NCBI GenBank assembly: GCA_950097015.1
Contig: CATNEN010000007.1
Coordinates: 6,696,001-6,760,000 of the forward strand
Source of the DNA: Macrostomum hystrix
Lineage: Eukaryota; Animalia; Platyhelminthes
Direction of reading: 5' to 3'
Length of the DNA stretch: 64,000 nt
Shown: one piece after another, positions 33,726 through 47,460 of the stretch
How the letters are laid out: every line of letters begins with the position of its first letter
How positions within the stretch are numbered: the first letter of the stretch is position 1
Made by a program: the position numbers and the translations under genes
Notes under the pieces: generated by a model
Databases searched by the model: none
The model's input: only the letters and a program-made list of their open reading frames with translations
What the model was told of the DNA's origin: nothing

Positions 33726-36700
33726 CCACCAAATACAACAAAAAGTTATTTTGCAAGAGTTCGCACTGATTGGGCAGTATTGTTCGCTCGTCAAGGCTAA
33801 AACAGATTTCTTTGACCAATCATTTAATTGAAATGGCGACCACAGCCGAAGAGTTTTATTACATTTATTTTAGTGCACTGCTCTGTAGTCATAATTGTTA
33901 TTAATTGTATTACAACTATTATCTTTTTAAACACTTGACTCAAAATATTGTTGAAAGAAAAGTTAAATCTAATGAAGAATTTAGATGGTCTGGAAAATTA
34001 AGGATAGTATAATAGATAACACATTGTTTATTATTTTGTTATAGGCAGAACCATTGTCGTAGGGTCGTCTTCTCCTCTGCCAGGGAATCTTATTTGGGAG
34101 GTTTTAATGAGAGTGTGAGCTTCCTCATACGCTTACAGGAGACTCCGGGTAGCGCTAATGCCCGAGCGTAAGACACTGGCTGCGTGCATGGTATTTCTGG
34201 GAGCGTTAAACACTCAGTCCTATGGGCGTCTCAGATGAATTAAGGTTGCCCAGTGAACGCAAAATCTTTTATAATGTGAGGACAATCCTGGGATTTTGGG
34301 AAATGAGAGAGTTTATAGAATAGCTCCCCGCTCCAAGAGCAGAAATAAATAATGATGCAACACAAGTTTTAAATTACTTCTCGGAACAAACTTCCCGTTT
34401 ATTAAGGCCAGTGGACTGCTTCTAGATAAAATCTGAATAAAATTTAAGAAATATACTTTTGTTATTTGTTACATGATTGTTAATATGTTCTTTATAATAA
34501 GAAGAATAATAAAGTCACTAACATAATGAAGGCCTTGATTTGTATTAGAAATAATATATTTAAGTATTGATGTGGAGTGTGCTGCGGGAATCGAGTGGGA
34601 GTGTGAGCCAGCATAATTTTTCAAATTTTTAAGTACCTAATAATTGCGACCCTCATAGCAGCTGGCCGCAAACACGATCATTAATCTTAGGGCCGGGTTT
34701 GGGGCGGCGGTGAATTAAGTAGCCGTCGAATCCCCTCTCCCTGGATCTGTCTAGACCCCTGTAGGAATGACTGATCGCGGCCACAGCTTTATTGTATGAA
34801 TAGTTTAGGTCATAATTCCCCTCTAAACCGCGATCAGATATTGGGAATCACTCGGGCATTATGAGTGATCATTAATTCTTCATGTCCCCGTTTCTTTACA
34901 GTATTCGAGCCCAGCTCGACTTTATGACCTCCCTCCTTTAGATACATGTAAATGTCACTGTAGGCAGGTCGGCGCCTGCGCTTCCCATTGTCCTGGTGGA
35001 GTAACAATCATTGGCCGACTGCCGACGGCTGTTCGAGCAGAACATCTGTCGTTTCCCGCCGTCGGTTCATTGGGTAATCGGGGCGGCCATCGCCGCTTCG
35101 ATTCCCCGTTGACAGGCTGGCGCGAATGTGGGTTGCTTTGATGGATGTCGGGGTTGGCGTGCTGCAGGACTATTTAAGAAAGCGCGCTGCGCTGCCCCTA
35201 AAAGGACCTTTCCGGGAGACCTACCTTTCCTCTCCTTTTCCCGGACCTATCTCCTTGCCGGGCCGGACTCCCACCGTACCCAGAGCACTATTCCGGACCC
35301 ACGTAGGGCCTAGACCCTTGAGCCTTGAGCTCCGAGCAGATAGTACAGGCCAATTGCCTGCTTCCATTCCCTAAGCGCAAGCCACCTCTTTAGGTGAGCT
35401 CTAAATTGAGCCTCTGAGCTCCCAGTGTGTTGGCCCCTGCCAACTCGCAGAAGTTTCCTTTCTCTGCCTTACTGTTTTGCCCATCCTTTCTCCCCGAGAA
35501 CAACGGGACTGCAGCACGCGGCCAAACGAGATTCAGCTAAGTAATCCGCGCAGCGGTTTGTTATTGTTAATCCTAAGGGACAATTTACTTTTAGTTAGGC
35601 GGCACTTAGTGGGAGGGAAGTTAGGGAAGTTTTCAGCCTAATAAACCGTCTAATCTAAAGCACCTTTAACTTATTGGGCTAATTTTTAACATCAACCTAA
35701 TTATTTTACTATGCCTCTTTTTCACCTTTATTTTATCGTTAGACAGCCCTCTATCATGAGTGGCTAATCGCCTAGGGGGGCGGGTTCTGGTGATGCCGAG
35801 CCGAAGGCTGCGGCAGGAAGGCAACTGTAAGCGCGCATAAGAGTAATAAGGAGCTAGGAGTTCGCGAGCAAAATGCGGAGTGTAGGACGTGCATTTCTTC
35901 CTAGGAGGTCGGGGGAATCCTTGGCCGGCTTTCCTTCTTCCTCTCGGGCGGGTTCAAGGTGTACGTGTCGAACTCCCTTTCCAATGGAGTTTTCCCCTAT
36001 CCCCCTCTCGCAACTGCGGCCACGGGAGCGAGAGTGATGATCTAATAATCTTGCGCTTGCGTAATCACTCAGCCAGTGTTCTGCTTAATCTCTCCAGCCT
36101 CTGATTTCCTCATCTCACACAGATTCGGATTTGTTAGTTACCTAATGTGTAGGCTGCAGTCTAATGTAAAGAATGTGCCTGATGTTTCATGAGTAGGATT
36201 CCGGCTATGGATTTTCATTCGAGTTCTGAGTACCACCTTCCTAGACCCCTGTAGCGCGAATTCAGGAATCCCCTTTTGAGGCGTGTCTCGATCCATTCTG
36301 CGGCTCTCACCCCAGTCTAAAACGGAAGTTGCAGAATGCCCTATTTTTCGGCTTGTCTAGATCTGCGTGATAAACTAGGAGCTGTGTATTCCGGGGACCC
36401 AAGTTCCCAAATGTCTGCGGTGGCAACGTAGGCGCATTGGGTGGTGGCGCTACCTGAGATCATTTTCCGCTTTGCCAATAGCCTTTCCGCATTTCTGTGA
36501 CAAGAGCCTGGGCCGTTTCGACCACCGCTACCAAGGTTAGGAGTCAGTTACTTACATGCTACTGATGGCAGTAGACTAGTTAGCCCTGCCCTGTCCGATT
36601 CCGGGCAGTCCGACCCTCTTCTTAGACTTTTAGCCGGTTTCGAGCACTGCTTGGGGTAGGCACGGCTGTCACGCCTGTGGCCTATGGGGCGAGTGGGACT

Positions 36701-37028
36701 GGCCAGCCTGAGGCCGATAGGACCACTCCCTGCATCCGCTGAACCTCCCTTCATCTCATCTCTCTTTCCGCGAAATCTCGCGAGTAGCTAAGCGGTCATT
36801 AAGTCGACTCTGTCGCCCGCCCTAGGAATCTAATCTCATGAGTGCAGGTCAGCGCTTGTAAAAGGCCCACCCACTTCAGTATTTTTATTTAATAACTTAA
36901 ATTTATTTAAGTATTTAAGTTTCAATTTAATAAGTTTCAATAATATTGAAAGAGTATAGTATTGGGGATAGTATTTTTTTTAGTAGATAAAAAAGAAAAC
37001 AGTAGCCTCTACATATATACAAGTGATA

Positions 37029-39965
37029 CACTGCAAATTGGAAGTGTCCGAAGGAAGGGTCCGTATTGAAGGGTCCAGAGCGTCGATAAAACGGACCCTT
37101 ATAGGGTCCGTATTAAAAAAGGTCCATAAAAAGGGTCCAAAATATGGTTCGTAAGCCCGTAACGCAATATTTCGTATAGATACGTATTAGAGACGTTCCC
37201 TTGAGGTCCAAAAGTTTCGTCCCAGGGATAGTACTTTAGATAGTTGCAGACGCGTATCCGATACGAAATTTCGAGACGTCCAAGGAACGCTCCCAGGTAA
37301 CTTCTATGAGATCTTAATAATGACGATGGAACACACGCATATTGCTCCTACTTTTGCACTGATGAGTTTATATCACGCCACCTGGCTGATTGACTGAATT
37401 ATCAGATTTTTTCTGACAGTTTATTTACGACAAATTTCATAGATAAAATAATTTTTATGTTTTCAACTAGTCATGCCGCGATTATCCCTTCATCAGAATC
37501 GATTAACAACCTGACGGTCTGTCACTCTGTCGGCACCCGGTACGCAGTTTTGCGAAACTGATACCTTATAAATAAACAAGGCGGATATGAAGAATAATAT
37601 TACCAATTTGTTCCAAAGCTACGTGTTTTTGTTATCTATTTAAAAGGTGTAGCAAGGCGTAGCAAAAGAGACATCGACAACGTCGGACAAAAAAATCGGG
37701 CAAGCCGGGGGTCAGTTATGGCATCGTTAGTCACTCTCTACTTGACTTGAGCGGCTTTCATCTCTTTTGAGATTCAACCTCATGGGTTACATGTTTTCTA
37801 GTGCCTAGCCATGTTACTCTTACTCTTTTCCTGTCCACACTTCGGGCACGGTGCGTACGCTGGTTTGTACTTCCTTCCTCCCGCCTGGTGTTGCTCGTTC
37901 TGTTGGTCAGTGTCTTCTGGCGTTGTGGATGTTTCCGCTTTTTGCTTACATCTCTTCTTATGTCTGCTTGCGTTTTTGTCGCCCCGTAGGTCTTTTCCAC
38001 AATGTTTACAAAACCTTCCTTCACAGGTTTTCCTGTGATTAACTAGATTTGCGAACTGCTGGAAATCCTCGCCGCACTCTCTCTCATGCGAGGTATGCGA
38101 GTGACGTACAAAAGTTACTCTCTACGTCTGCATCGTCTTCATCTTCGTCGACCTCACTCATCTCCTCCTTTATCTTCTCATTGACCTCCTTGATTTGGCC
38201 TTCCTCGTTGAGCTCCTCGCCTATCTCCTCGTTGAGCTCCTCATCGATCTCATCAGTCTCGGCGCCGTAGGTGGTGACTACGCGTCTGTTCGAATGGTCA
38301 GTTTAAGATTTTTGCATCATTCGCTTAAGGATGCTTCCGACAAAAGATCTAGCACTGACGCATCCCAACTGTCGGCGCAGTGACTTAGAATCCAGCACGA
38401 CCCCTGAAAAGTTGCATTCGAGAGTTCGCCTGAGTTGCACAGTCCTATTTAAAAAAAATTGAAGAATACTCACCAACTACACATTAGAAATGCACTAATA
38501 GCTTAAAAGTAATTGTGAGACTGCTGCATTAGCTGTATTTCTTTATTTTTCCATAGACCACACTTTTTCAAAATATCAAGTATTTGGCTTAGCTGACTAA
38601 ACTGTGACCATAGACAACTTTCTGAGCAACAGCCATTTCACTATGGCATTCTCATTTCTTACTTCATACTAAGACGAAAGCTATGTTTACCATAGTCTGT
38701 TAGGCTATAAGTGGTCCTTCTATTTGCAAGGATATATATCCTTATGCTAAAATTGATTATAGTTCAAATTAAAATGTCAAAACAATTTAACAAATGAAAA
38801 GAGAATGCCGGATATAGTAATATATTATTTTACTATATGACTTACCAAGACAAAAATTATGATTACTAAATAAGGGGGGCTAGCAATTAAATATTTAAAT
38901 TTTTTGAGCATGTATTAACTTATGAACATATACTGCATAACCATAGGCCTAGCTAACCATTGATATAACATATATTAATATTATGATTCTTTCATTAGAC
39001 TAGCTAGCTAGGCCTACTATGAAAAATTTTGAGCTAAAGCAAAATAGATGTGGAAATTAATATAAAAAATATAAATCATTACTAGCACAAAAACAATGAT
39101 TTCAGCAAAACCAAAAGAAGGTAGGGCCTAAGCCTACTTTTTATAGTACTAAAGTTTCAGATTTTCATAAAATATAGTGCATAAGTTTTGTCCATTTCTT
39201 TTTTAACTAAACTTATATCGTTCTATAAGTTATGCAGCATAACTTATGCTGCATATGCCTGCTTTTAATTGTAAATGTACATAACTAATTCAATTAAACC
39301 CTAGCTCTTCATCTCTGCCTCTTCCTCTTTAGAATTTTGAATTCAAACATTTTTTGTGACTGAATTTGAAATTTTATAGACACAAATTTTTTATATAAGA
39401 TGAAGTAACGCACTCAATGCCATGACCGACGTTTGACTGTCTGTCTAGCTCTGTTATTGATTAGAGAACACTCGCGAACACTGCAAACAAGACAAATTTG
39501 AATTAAAAACTCACAAGTTTAAACAATTTTACTCTGTTGTGCTGTATAACCATCAAAATAATCGCATTAGATATTTTTAAGCAACAAAAAGTATAAAAAA
39601 TCAATATCAGTCTAAATTTTGCTATTTCTAAATGAAGTTCCTGTTCGCGTTATTTCGTCCCACATATACGAAACGATACGTATTTTATCCGTACAATCAT
39701 TTTTTGAAACTTATTTTGTCGTGTTCTGCAACAGCAGAAAGTTTAATTTTCCCTATTTATAGCTACATTTTACGACGACACTCGTATGCGTATTTGTATT
39801 TTTCCATTTTTATGGCTAATATTTTTCGTCTCCAAGAGACGCATTTTCGACCTGACGGCAACGTCTAATTGCGTTACGGGAAGGGCCCGTAATTCAGGGT
39901 CCAGAGCGTCGATATAACGGACGTTTTTAGGGTCCAAATTAAGAAAGGTCCCCCAAAGTGCCGTG
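37029..39965. mobile_element. One end of a CACTG-terminated (CACTA/EnSpm-type) element with AGGGTCC subterminal repeats, split by the 37156-39880 insertion
   Basis: CACTGCAAA at 37029. The agggtccagagcgtcgata..acggac array continues on both sides of the insertion (37055-37140 and 39884-39950). The other terminus was not found. Confidence 0.55.
37156..39880 (-). mobile_element. Non-autonomous TIR element (EnSpm/CMC-like) with a DUF4806-like remnant
   Basis: 13-bp TIR CCCGTAACGCAAT/ATTGCGTTACGGG, 3-bp TSD AAG (37153-55, 39881-83), similar subterminal agacgtt..aggtc.aaaa. Decayed minus ORF ~37760-38400 (LGCVSARSFVGSILKRMM...IRRDVSKKRKH). Confidence 0.8.
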
Positions 39966-40001
39966 TTATTGGTTATTTATTATATTAATATTATTTTTTT
40001 T

Positions 40002-40688
40002 TGTTGTACATGTGGTAGCGTGGCACACACAAATGGTGGAAATGACCAAGACAGGAACTAGATTCAGAGAGGAAAGTATCCGGCCTCAACACTGGTGCTT
40101 CGTCGCAGTGGAAGCAACCCGGTAGTCAGGCTCCGATTGCTAAGTAGTCTCGTACTTCCCTGTAGTCGAACTACGTCCTGCTAACTCTTATAGACCTTAC
40201 ACTCAAACGGGCTATATACAATGCTTCTAAATGCTGTATATAGCCTAGTTTGACAATAGATTACTAAAGTCTCAAGAGGCAAGCGCTAAATGTATGCAAA
40301 GACGAATGCGAAACGCAAACGGAAGCAAAAGGCAAACGCAAACGCATGAAGAACTGGGGACTGAAAGGTGCTAGCAAAGTAAAGAAGTTGTGCTACCATA
40401 ATGCTAACACCATCCGGTGTATTCGTCAGACTGTGCTCTACTTATAGTAGGAGCATTTGAGCGATATTCTGCCAGTCTTCTTAAGAACCGAAGCGATTGC
40501 AGCATGGCGTGCAATGTGACTCAGTGCGCAGACAGAGCTGGAACGAGAGAGAGAAAGAGGAGGGGGTGGCGAGCGGAGGTGAATGTGCACGGGAACCACA
40601 AACTACCTACGCCCCAGCCCTCCCACAGACCTAGGACAGCCTGACTCACGGATTGTCTGGAGGCTGCTCAGCAGTCTACAGCACATCA
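40002..40688 (-). mobile_element. Solo LTR of the same Gypsy family group
   Basis: TGTTGTAC...GCACATCA; the last ~270 bp are very close to the 24742 LTR. Flanks TTTT/ATAG are not a TSD. Confidence 0.88.
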
Positions 40689-40929
40689 ATAGTAATTTAG
40701 TTTTTTATTGCTGTGACAACCTGTTTTATCTAAACACAGACATCGCTAAATCGCATGGTCGCTAAGATACGTCGAGGCGACGATACTGTTCGACCAACTT
40801 TTGCTACCGATGAATGCGACCTTCGGGCGACGTCGCCGCCTGTATGGTCCCTGTATGGTAGGCAGGCTAGATGGAGGGCGATAAAATTAGACAGATTAAA
40901 GAAATTTTAGAAATAATTAAACATACCTG

Positions 40930-43330
40930 AATGTCAAAATAGCCACGGAAGAGCTCTGAGGGAGCACAATTTTGCTCGGTAGACGCGGAATGCCGATCGA
41001 GGATGCTGAGTTAAGCACGCGCAGTATCGAAAGCGACTTGATGAACTGCCGTCAGTTCTTGCAAGCTAAGTCTCTTGTGCAGCGCTAAAAGCAACCGACT
41101 GATAATGGTCTTGCTCGGCAAAGTATCTTTGTAAGGCAGCAAAGTTGCACTCAAAGCCTGGATTGTGCGGTTAAACCAGCAAACATGGGCAGTCCGATTG
41201 GCATGCTTCGTTGCTCAGCTTTTGAATTTAGAATTTCAGAATTTACGTGAGCTGCTACAATCGATCTGGCAGAATTACTAGCAGTTTTTGCTCTATGAAC
41301 TGGAAGGATATCAACGATGGCATCGCACGCGCGTGGACGTTTGCCTCCAGCTTTCGTTCTCCCAGTATTCCTTCTTGGTATCTGAATAGTTGATATAGCT
41401 ATATTAGCTGATGCTGAGCTTGAGACGGTGACAGAGCATCCTAATAAGCATCCTAATATTATGTGGGAAGCGATGATGTGACTACTATTTTTCGACAAAC
41501 TGCATGTGCAGTGTTCTATTTGGGAATACGTGTACAACCAGATTAGAACCGCTCTTGCGTTTGACCACAAAAATATTCATCGAGTCCACTTTCTCGATTC
41601 TGCCTTCATCCACGATTTCCTGCGCTAATTTAATATTCATGGATAAAGTTTTTGTTGTATCTAGCAGTGGAGCTCGATCTTTTGTAACTCCCCGAGCCGA
41701 CTTAAATGACGTCTGTCGCAGTGCTGGATAAGTAGCTGCTTTAAATCGTCCGCGTAATTACTAACTTCGAAAGTTGCTCTCCTCTAGACAGCTACGCAAG
41801 TTCCGCAAAATGTGATTCCAGTAGAATGCCTGCGTCGTGCTAGGAAATACATTTGCTATCGCTTTTGCGATTCCACGCTCACTATCAGTGGCAAAAAACA
41901 TTTGAAAGTCACCCTTATAGCCAACGTTCTTCATCAACCTCTTAAACGACTCCAAAAGAACCTCTTGTACCTCAGTTGCTCGTCTTTCGTGAATGGGATG
42001 CCGAACAGAAAGTGAGTAAGATTGGCTGATTCCTGGGATTTGCAGTAGCAACGGAGTGGCATAAAAGTCAGACAAAGTTGAAAGTTGGATCAACTGATAT
42101 AGCTATCTTCTCAGGTAATGATAGCTTAATAGCATTAGCACAGATACTAACGCATGCATTCGAACCTTAAACCTTGCACGAATTCTATGTCGCGTAGCAG
42201 TCGAATTTAAAGACGCAGTCGAACTCTTTGTTCAATGCAAAAGCTGCGAGCACAGAGTCATAGAGTAACAAGTCCTTTTGCCGCTCGGAATACACTGCAT
42301 ATCAAACTTGTGACTTCGATCGAGCATTAGCAATGCCTTGCACTTCAGGTCTTTGTACTCTGATCGTACTGACTCCTGATAAATCATTGCCAGCTTATTA
42401 CTGCAAGAAAAAGTTGCAGAAAAAGTCAGAATACTAATGATTTTGTAGTATATTCAATGCCGTTTTTAACATGTCCCCGTCAAAGTCGTACTTTTTAATG
42501 TTAATTTAGTTTGATTATTTTAGTTCTACCCATTTTTTAGCACATAGGTACCATTTCATCCCATTAAAGTACCCCATTTAATCCACATTATACTTAAAGT
42601 ATCCCATTCCCTCTACATAGGATTTTCGAAATTTTATTTTTCCTAAATATTTTCTTTCTGATATTTCAATGCGTGCGTTTCTTTAAATCATGCGTGCCCT
42701 GCATTGGGATTGAATTTCCTTGATATATTTTTCCTTATCACATTTTTTATCTCTTGAAGTCTAAAAGAACAGAGCTTTTAGTCGGCTCGAATGGCATCGC
42801 ATCGATTCGCCGATTTCGTGGAGGATGAATGGCTTCGCTGCTGTCTGCTGTGTGATGCACGATGGTATAATTTAGTGCCTTTCTTTGTACATAGACAGTC
42901 CTCTTGAAGTTGTTATTACGCCTGTTAGCTTCACCAAGCGATAAAAATTGGTATCGATGGAATCGAGAGTCCTCTCGCGCGAATCGGGCATTCTTAAACC
43001 GCGGGTACAGGTGACTTTCATCCGCCTGGTTCCATCGGTAACCATTAGCGCACAAGTCTAATAAAAATTATGTTTCTTTAATAGTTTCTGTAGCTCATTT
43101 TCGTTTTCGGGATTGCTCAGCATGAGTGCAAAAATTAAAGCAATGCAACAGTTTTACTATTCACATATTATATTTTATCACATTAGTCCCGAACAGTTAA
43201 ACCGATCCTTCTCCATTTCTGATAAGTGATCCAGTGCTGAGCCATTCTTTATCTACGTCAGACAGAATTGCCAGCAAATTTTCCCATGTCAATGGAGCTA
43301 CTGCTGTCTCGTAGAGGACCTGCGACAAAA
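40930..43330 (-). mobile_element. Decayed MULE/MuDR transposase remnant with SWIM finger
   Basis: STLSDFYATPLL...IHERR...ATDSERGIAKAIANVFP...WNHILRN (MULE core); CTCS...SHIIA (SWIM) and AGGKRPR..D. Boundaries approximate. Confidence 0.75.
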
Positions 43331-43385
43331 AAAGTGCAATTTATTAGGGGACAGATAGATATACGTCATGTAATTAGGTGTTATA

Positions 43386-44603
43386 TGAGGGGCATTCAAA
43401 TAGTTTTGGCAACTGGTCTACTATTCAAAAACAGTAACTGCAAAAAACAACTGGACATGTTACAATCCTTTATTGTAGTCTCCCCCTCAATGCACTTTTG
43501 GTTCCGCCGAACCCATGCTTCGAATGCGCCATGGTACTCAGAAGCAGTTATGGCCTTCAGCTCTGAATTGATGAATCTAGCCAGGTCCTGGCATCGGTGA
43601 AAATTCCGTCCTGCCAGCCGTTCAGTGAGCTTGGCGAACACCCATAAGTCGCAGGGAGCCAAGTCAGGACTGTAGGGTAGGTGTCGGATGGTCTTGATGT
43701 TGTTGGCTGCCAGAAAGTTGGTCGTCAGGGCCGCTGTATGACTGGAGGCATTGTCATGGTGCAGGTGAACTTGCCCAGCTTGAAGCCGTGAGGGCTGAGT
43801 TGCGTGAAGTGACGCCATGACTTGTGGCAGAACTGTACCGGAGTAGAAGCTAGCGTTCGCATTCTGTCCATTAGGCACCATTATGACGGCCACGGGCCCA
43901 GATGTGCTGATGAAGATGACGAACATCTCCTTCCGGGACCGAAAGCTGGACCGCAGGACAGTCGGCCTCGCGTCTCCAGAGCCCACCCAGGCCTTGTTCT
44001 GCATCTTCTGGGGCTTACTTGACTTATCTGCAGGGTGCTCCGTACCGACGGACGCAGCGAGGAGGCGGAGGGGACCGCCCATTCCGCTAACCCCTGGCTT
44101 CCGCTAACCATCTTCTGGGGCACTTGAAAATAAAAAAACCATTTCTCATCACCTGTAACGACGTCGGAAAGCCTCTGGCTGCCTCCTGGACCGAAGTTGC
44201 GCAGGAATTCCTGGCTGCACTGCACCCTCTTCATCTTCTGCTCTTTTGTCAGTAGGTGGGGCACCCAGCGGGCGGTGACCTTGCGGAGGCCCAGGTGGCT
44301 GTGCAGGATGGTGTGCGCACTGCCATCGGAAATACCGACAGTCTCGCTAATCACAGCGACGGTAATGTTTGGATCCTCGTCCACCAGAGCCCTGACAGCA
44401 GCGATGTTGGCTTCGGTCACAGCTGTCCTGGGTCGTCCAGACCGGGGGTCGTCGTTCAAGGAGTTCCGTCCGGAGTTGATGGACTCTATCCACCTGGCGA
44501 CCGTGCGATAGGAAGGGGCTTGGTCCCCGACTACCTGGACCAGGTCTGCATGGATTTTGACCGCGCTTTCTCCGTGTCGTGAGCGCATGAAACCGTAGAT
44601 ATA
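43386..44603 (-). mobile_element. Mariner (D,D34D) transposon, 5'-truncated, transposase interrupted by a retro-insertion
   Basis: HTH with RSGRP, WVPHLL, TGDEKW, HDNA, YSPDLAPCD. One TIR, TA|TGAGGGGCATTCAAATAG, at 43384-43403. Confidence 0.92.
44015..44108 (-). mobile_element. 94-bp 5'-truncated non-LTR (RTE-like) insertion
   Basis: 13-bp TSD CATCTTCTGGGGC (44002-14, 44109-21); the minus strand ends in a TAAGTCAAGTAA tail. Confidence 0.75.
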
Positions 44604-45269
44604 CATATACGTATAAAGCAAAGCAAACAATTTTGTTATATAGAAAAAAGCATAGACTATAATTAAGAATAAAAACGTGTTGGGCATAAGGTCAACAATT
44701 GCTGGTCTAGAGTATAGCTGAAACGATAAGACAGCAAGAGTTGCTTTAAATTGACAATTTCACTTGTCAAGTAAGCAAAAAGAAGCCAAGCAATTCATGT
44801 CATTTATTGATTCGCTTATGCTCATAATTACGAGTCAGCTCCAGACATTAAAAAAGTAACTCTAGCACAAAATTTCTTAAGTACGTGCATATAAAGACAG
44901 CTCTGTTTATATTTCATTATACTAACTAGATGTTAAACATAGGATCCGCCGTCTTCTAAGAACTTTGTCATTAAAAAATGTATTTTTATAGCAACTAACT
45001 ATAATAACATCATTAGATAGTGTATTTAAAGTAGTATGTGCATATTTGCTTATAATTGCAGTACTTTTCATGAATATGTGGAATAAGAAAAACTTCCTTA
45101 TTTGTTTAAATTAAGATTTTTTCGTAAAATTAATTTTGATTTCCTGATTTGTAATAAAGAGAGTTGTGAAGTCCGCCGTTTAAATTATTTCAGTATCGTT
45201 GAGACTTTAATGCGGCACCTTAGTAAAGGTGGGAATAGTTATATAATATTATATTTCGATTAGAATTTA

Positions 45270-45447
45270 TAGTTGTGCTGGAGATCATTGTCAACTGTGG
45301 GATCATTTTCAACTGTGGGATCATTGTCAATGGGCGGATTATTGTCAATTGGTGCTCTTAAAAAAGCTGAAAATACAGCTGCTAAAGAGTATATACCAGA
45401 CGAATTAAAAATATTTCTGCTCCCCGAAGGGGGGCAAAACTTGCTAG
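45270..45447 (+). mobile_element. 3' end of an upstream Helitron (H0)
   Basis: Hairpin TGCTCCCC-GAA-GGGGGGCA (45418-36) plus CTAG (45444-47). About 65 bp resemble the H2 3' end, and degenerate 18-bp repeats are present. 5' extent unknown. Confidence 0.8.
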
Positions 45448-46074
45448 TCCACTATACTAAAAATGAAATGCTTGCTTGCTTGCTTGCTTGTAATTGATTT
45501 TCTTCCGAACGGCTCAACCGATTTTCACCATTTCTTCACCAAAAGATGCTAAATAAGGGGACAATTTTACACGTATTTTTATTAAGCTTGACTTTATTGC
45601 TAAGGGGATTAAATATTCGAAAAACATGTTTTTTGACCATTTCAAAGGTCAAACTATCTTGGCCTATTGAGAATTTCATTCACTGACTGCCACTGCATTA
45701 GAATTGCATCGTCAAATTGCGCAACAACCCCTAGCTGATTGAATTTAAAGCCTGCACTCTGGAGACAAATTGGAAATAAATGTACACAACCAACCGCGAG
45801 ACTGAGTGTACTCTATTTTCTCACTTCATTGTACAAAGCCAGAACTTAGAAAATTCATTTTATAAGGCTGATTTCTGCACCCACTAACCAACAGTCGGAA
45901 TAGCCGATGTGTAGGCACTAGGAATAGGTTATAGGCTAGGCTAGGGTTCGATTCTGCACTGCGTCAAATCATTTTAGTTTTAGACTAATTTTCAGCCAGT
46001 AGTGATTGAAGACTATTTTAATTTATTTTTTTCATTTCGTAAATAAAATATCATAAATCATAGCACACCTGATG

Positions 46075-46922
46075 AGTTTGAATCATTGCAAAAATAGAGT
46101 TTGAATCATGGCTACACCAGAGTTTGAATCATGGCTACACCAGAGTCTGAATCATGGCTAAACCAGAGTCTGAATCATGGCTAAAACCAGCGTTTGAATC
46201 ATAGCTACACCAGAGTTTGAATCATGGCTACACCAGAGTCTGAATCATGGCTACACCAGAGTCTGAATCATGGCTAAACCAGAGTCTGAATCATGGCTAA
46301 AACCAGCGTTTGAATCATAGCTACACCAGAGTCTGAATCAGGGCTAAAACCAGAGTCTGAATCATGTCTAAAACCAGAGTCTGAATCATGGCTAAACCAG
46401 AGTCTGAATCATGGCTAAAACCAGCGTTTGAATCATGGCTACACCAGAGTTTGAATCATGGCTACACCAGCGTTTGAATCATGGCTAAACCAGAGTCTGA
46501 ATCATGGCTACACCAGAGTTTGAATCATGGCTACACCAGCGTTTGAATCATGGCTAAACCAGAGTCTGAATCATGGCTACACCAGAGTTTGAATCATGAC
46601 TAAACCAGAGTCTGAATCATGGCTACACCAGAGTTTGAATCATGGCTAAACCAGAGTCTGAATCATGGCTAAACCAGAGTTTGAATCATGGCTAAACCAG
46701 AGTCTGAATCATGGCTAAACCAGAGTCTGAATCATGGCTACACCAGAGTTTGAATCATGGCTAAACCAGAGTCTGAATCATGGCTAAACCAGAGTTTGAA
46801 TCATGGCTAAACCAGAGTCTGAATCATGGCTAAACCAGAGTTTGAATCATGGCTAAACCAGAGTCTGAATCATGGCTAAACCAGAGTCTGAATCGTAGCC
46901 AACTAGAGTTTGAATCATGGCA
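46075..46922 (+). repeat. 23-bp minisatellite (CCAGAGTYTGAATCATGGCTAMA), ~36 units
   Basis: Directly visible tandem array. Confidence 0.97.
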
Positions 46923-47047
46923 AAATGTTTCTTTTGTCATTGAATTGAATTTTGAGTTTGTTATCTCATAACGTCATAATGATATATATTTGTATGATAA
47001 ATATTCATTTAATTGTTGTTCTTCTCAATTCTAATATAAAAAGTTAA

Positions 47048-47295
47048 CTGGGCAACATTGTCAACTGGGCATCATCATCAATAAGGAGTTATCATCAAAT
47101 GGGGGATCATTGTCAACTGGGCGATCATTTTCAACTGGGGGATCATTGTCAACTGGGGGATCATTGTCAACTGGGGGATCATTGTCAACTGGGGGAAAAT
47201 TGTCAACTGGGGGATCATTGTCAACTGGGGGATCATTGTCAACTGGGGGATCATTGTCAACTGGGGGATCATTGTCGATTGGGGGATCATTTTGC
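47048..47295 (+). repeat. 18-bp minisatellite (GGGGGATCATTGTCAACT)
   Basis: Directly visible tandem array. Confidence 0.97.
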
Positions 47296-47351
47296 ATAAA
47301 GCTGATTTTTGCACCAAATGGCAAATTTCTGGAGCTATTGAATAGTCCTTT

Positions 47352-47460
47352 GTATACACTGATAAGAATATCACTGTGTCAAATGTACATAGCTGTGTCA
47401 ACCCCCCTGGCGAGACAGTCAGTGCGAATTTATAAATAGATGACATCACAGCTTTCTCAC
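47352..47460 (+). promoter_or_regulatory. Conserved non-coding block with TATAAATA, candidate RepHel promoter
   Basis: Near-identical block at ~62293-62400 in H3. TATAAATA at 47431 lies ~320 bp upstream of the ATG. Confidence 0.6.

Noticed and set aside
37455-37500. Hammerhead ribozyme (CTGATGA...GAAA on the minus strand)
   Set aside because: The required stems cannot be formed.
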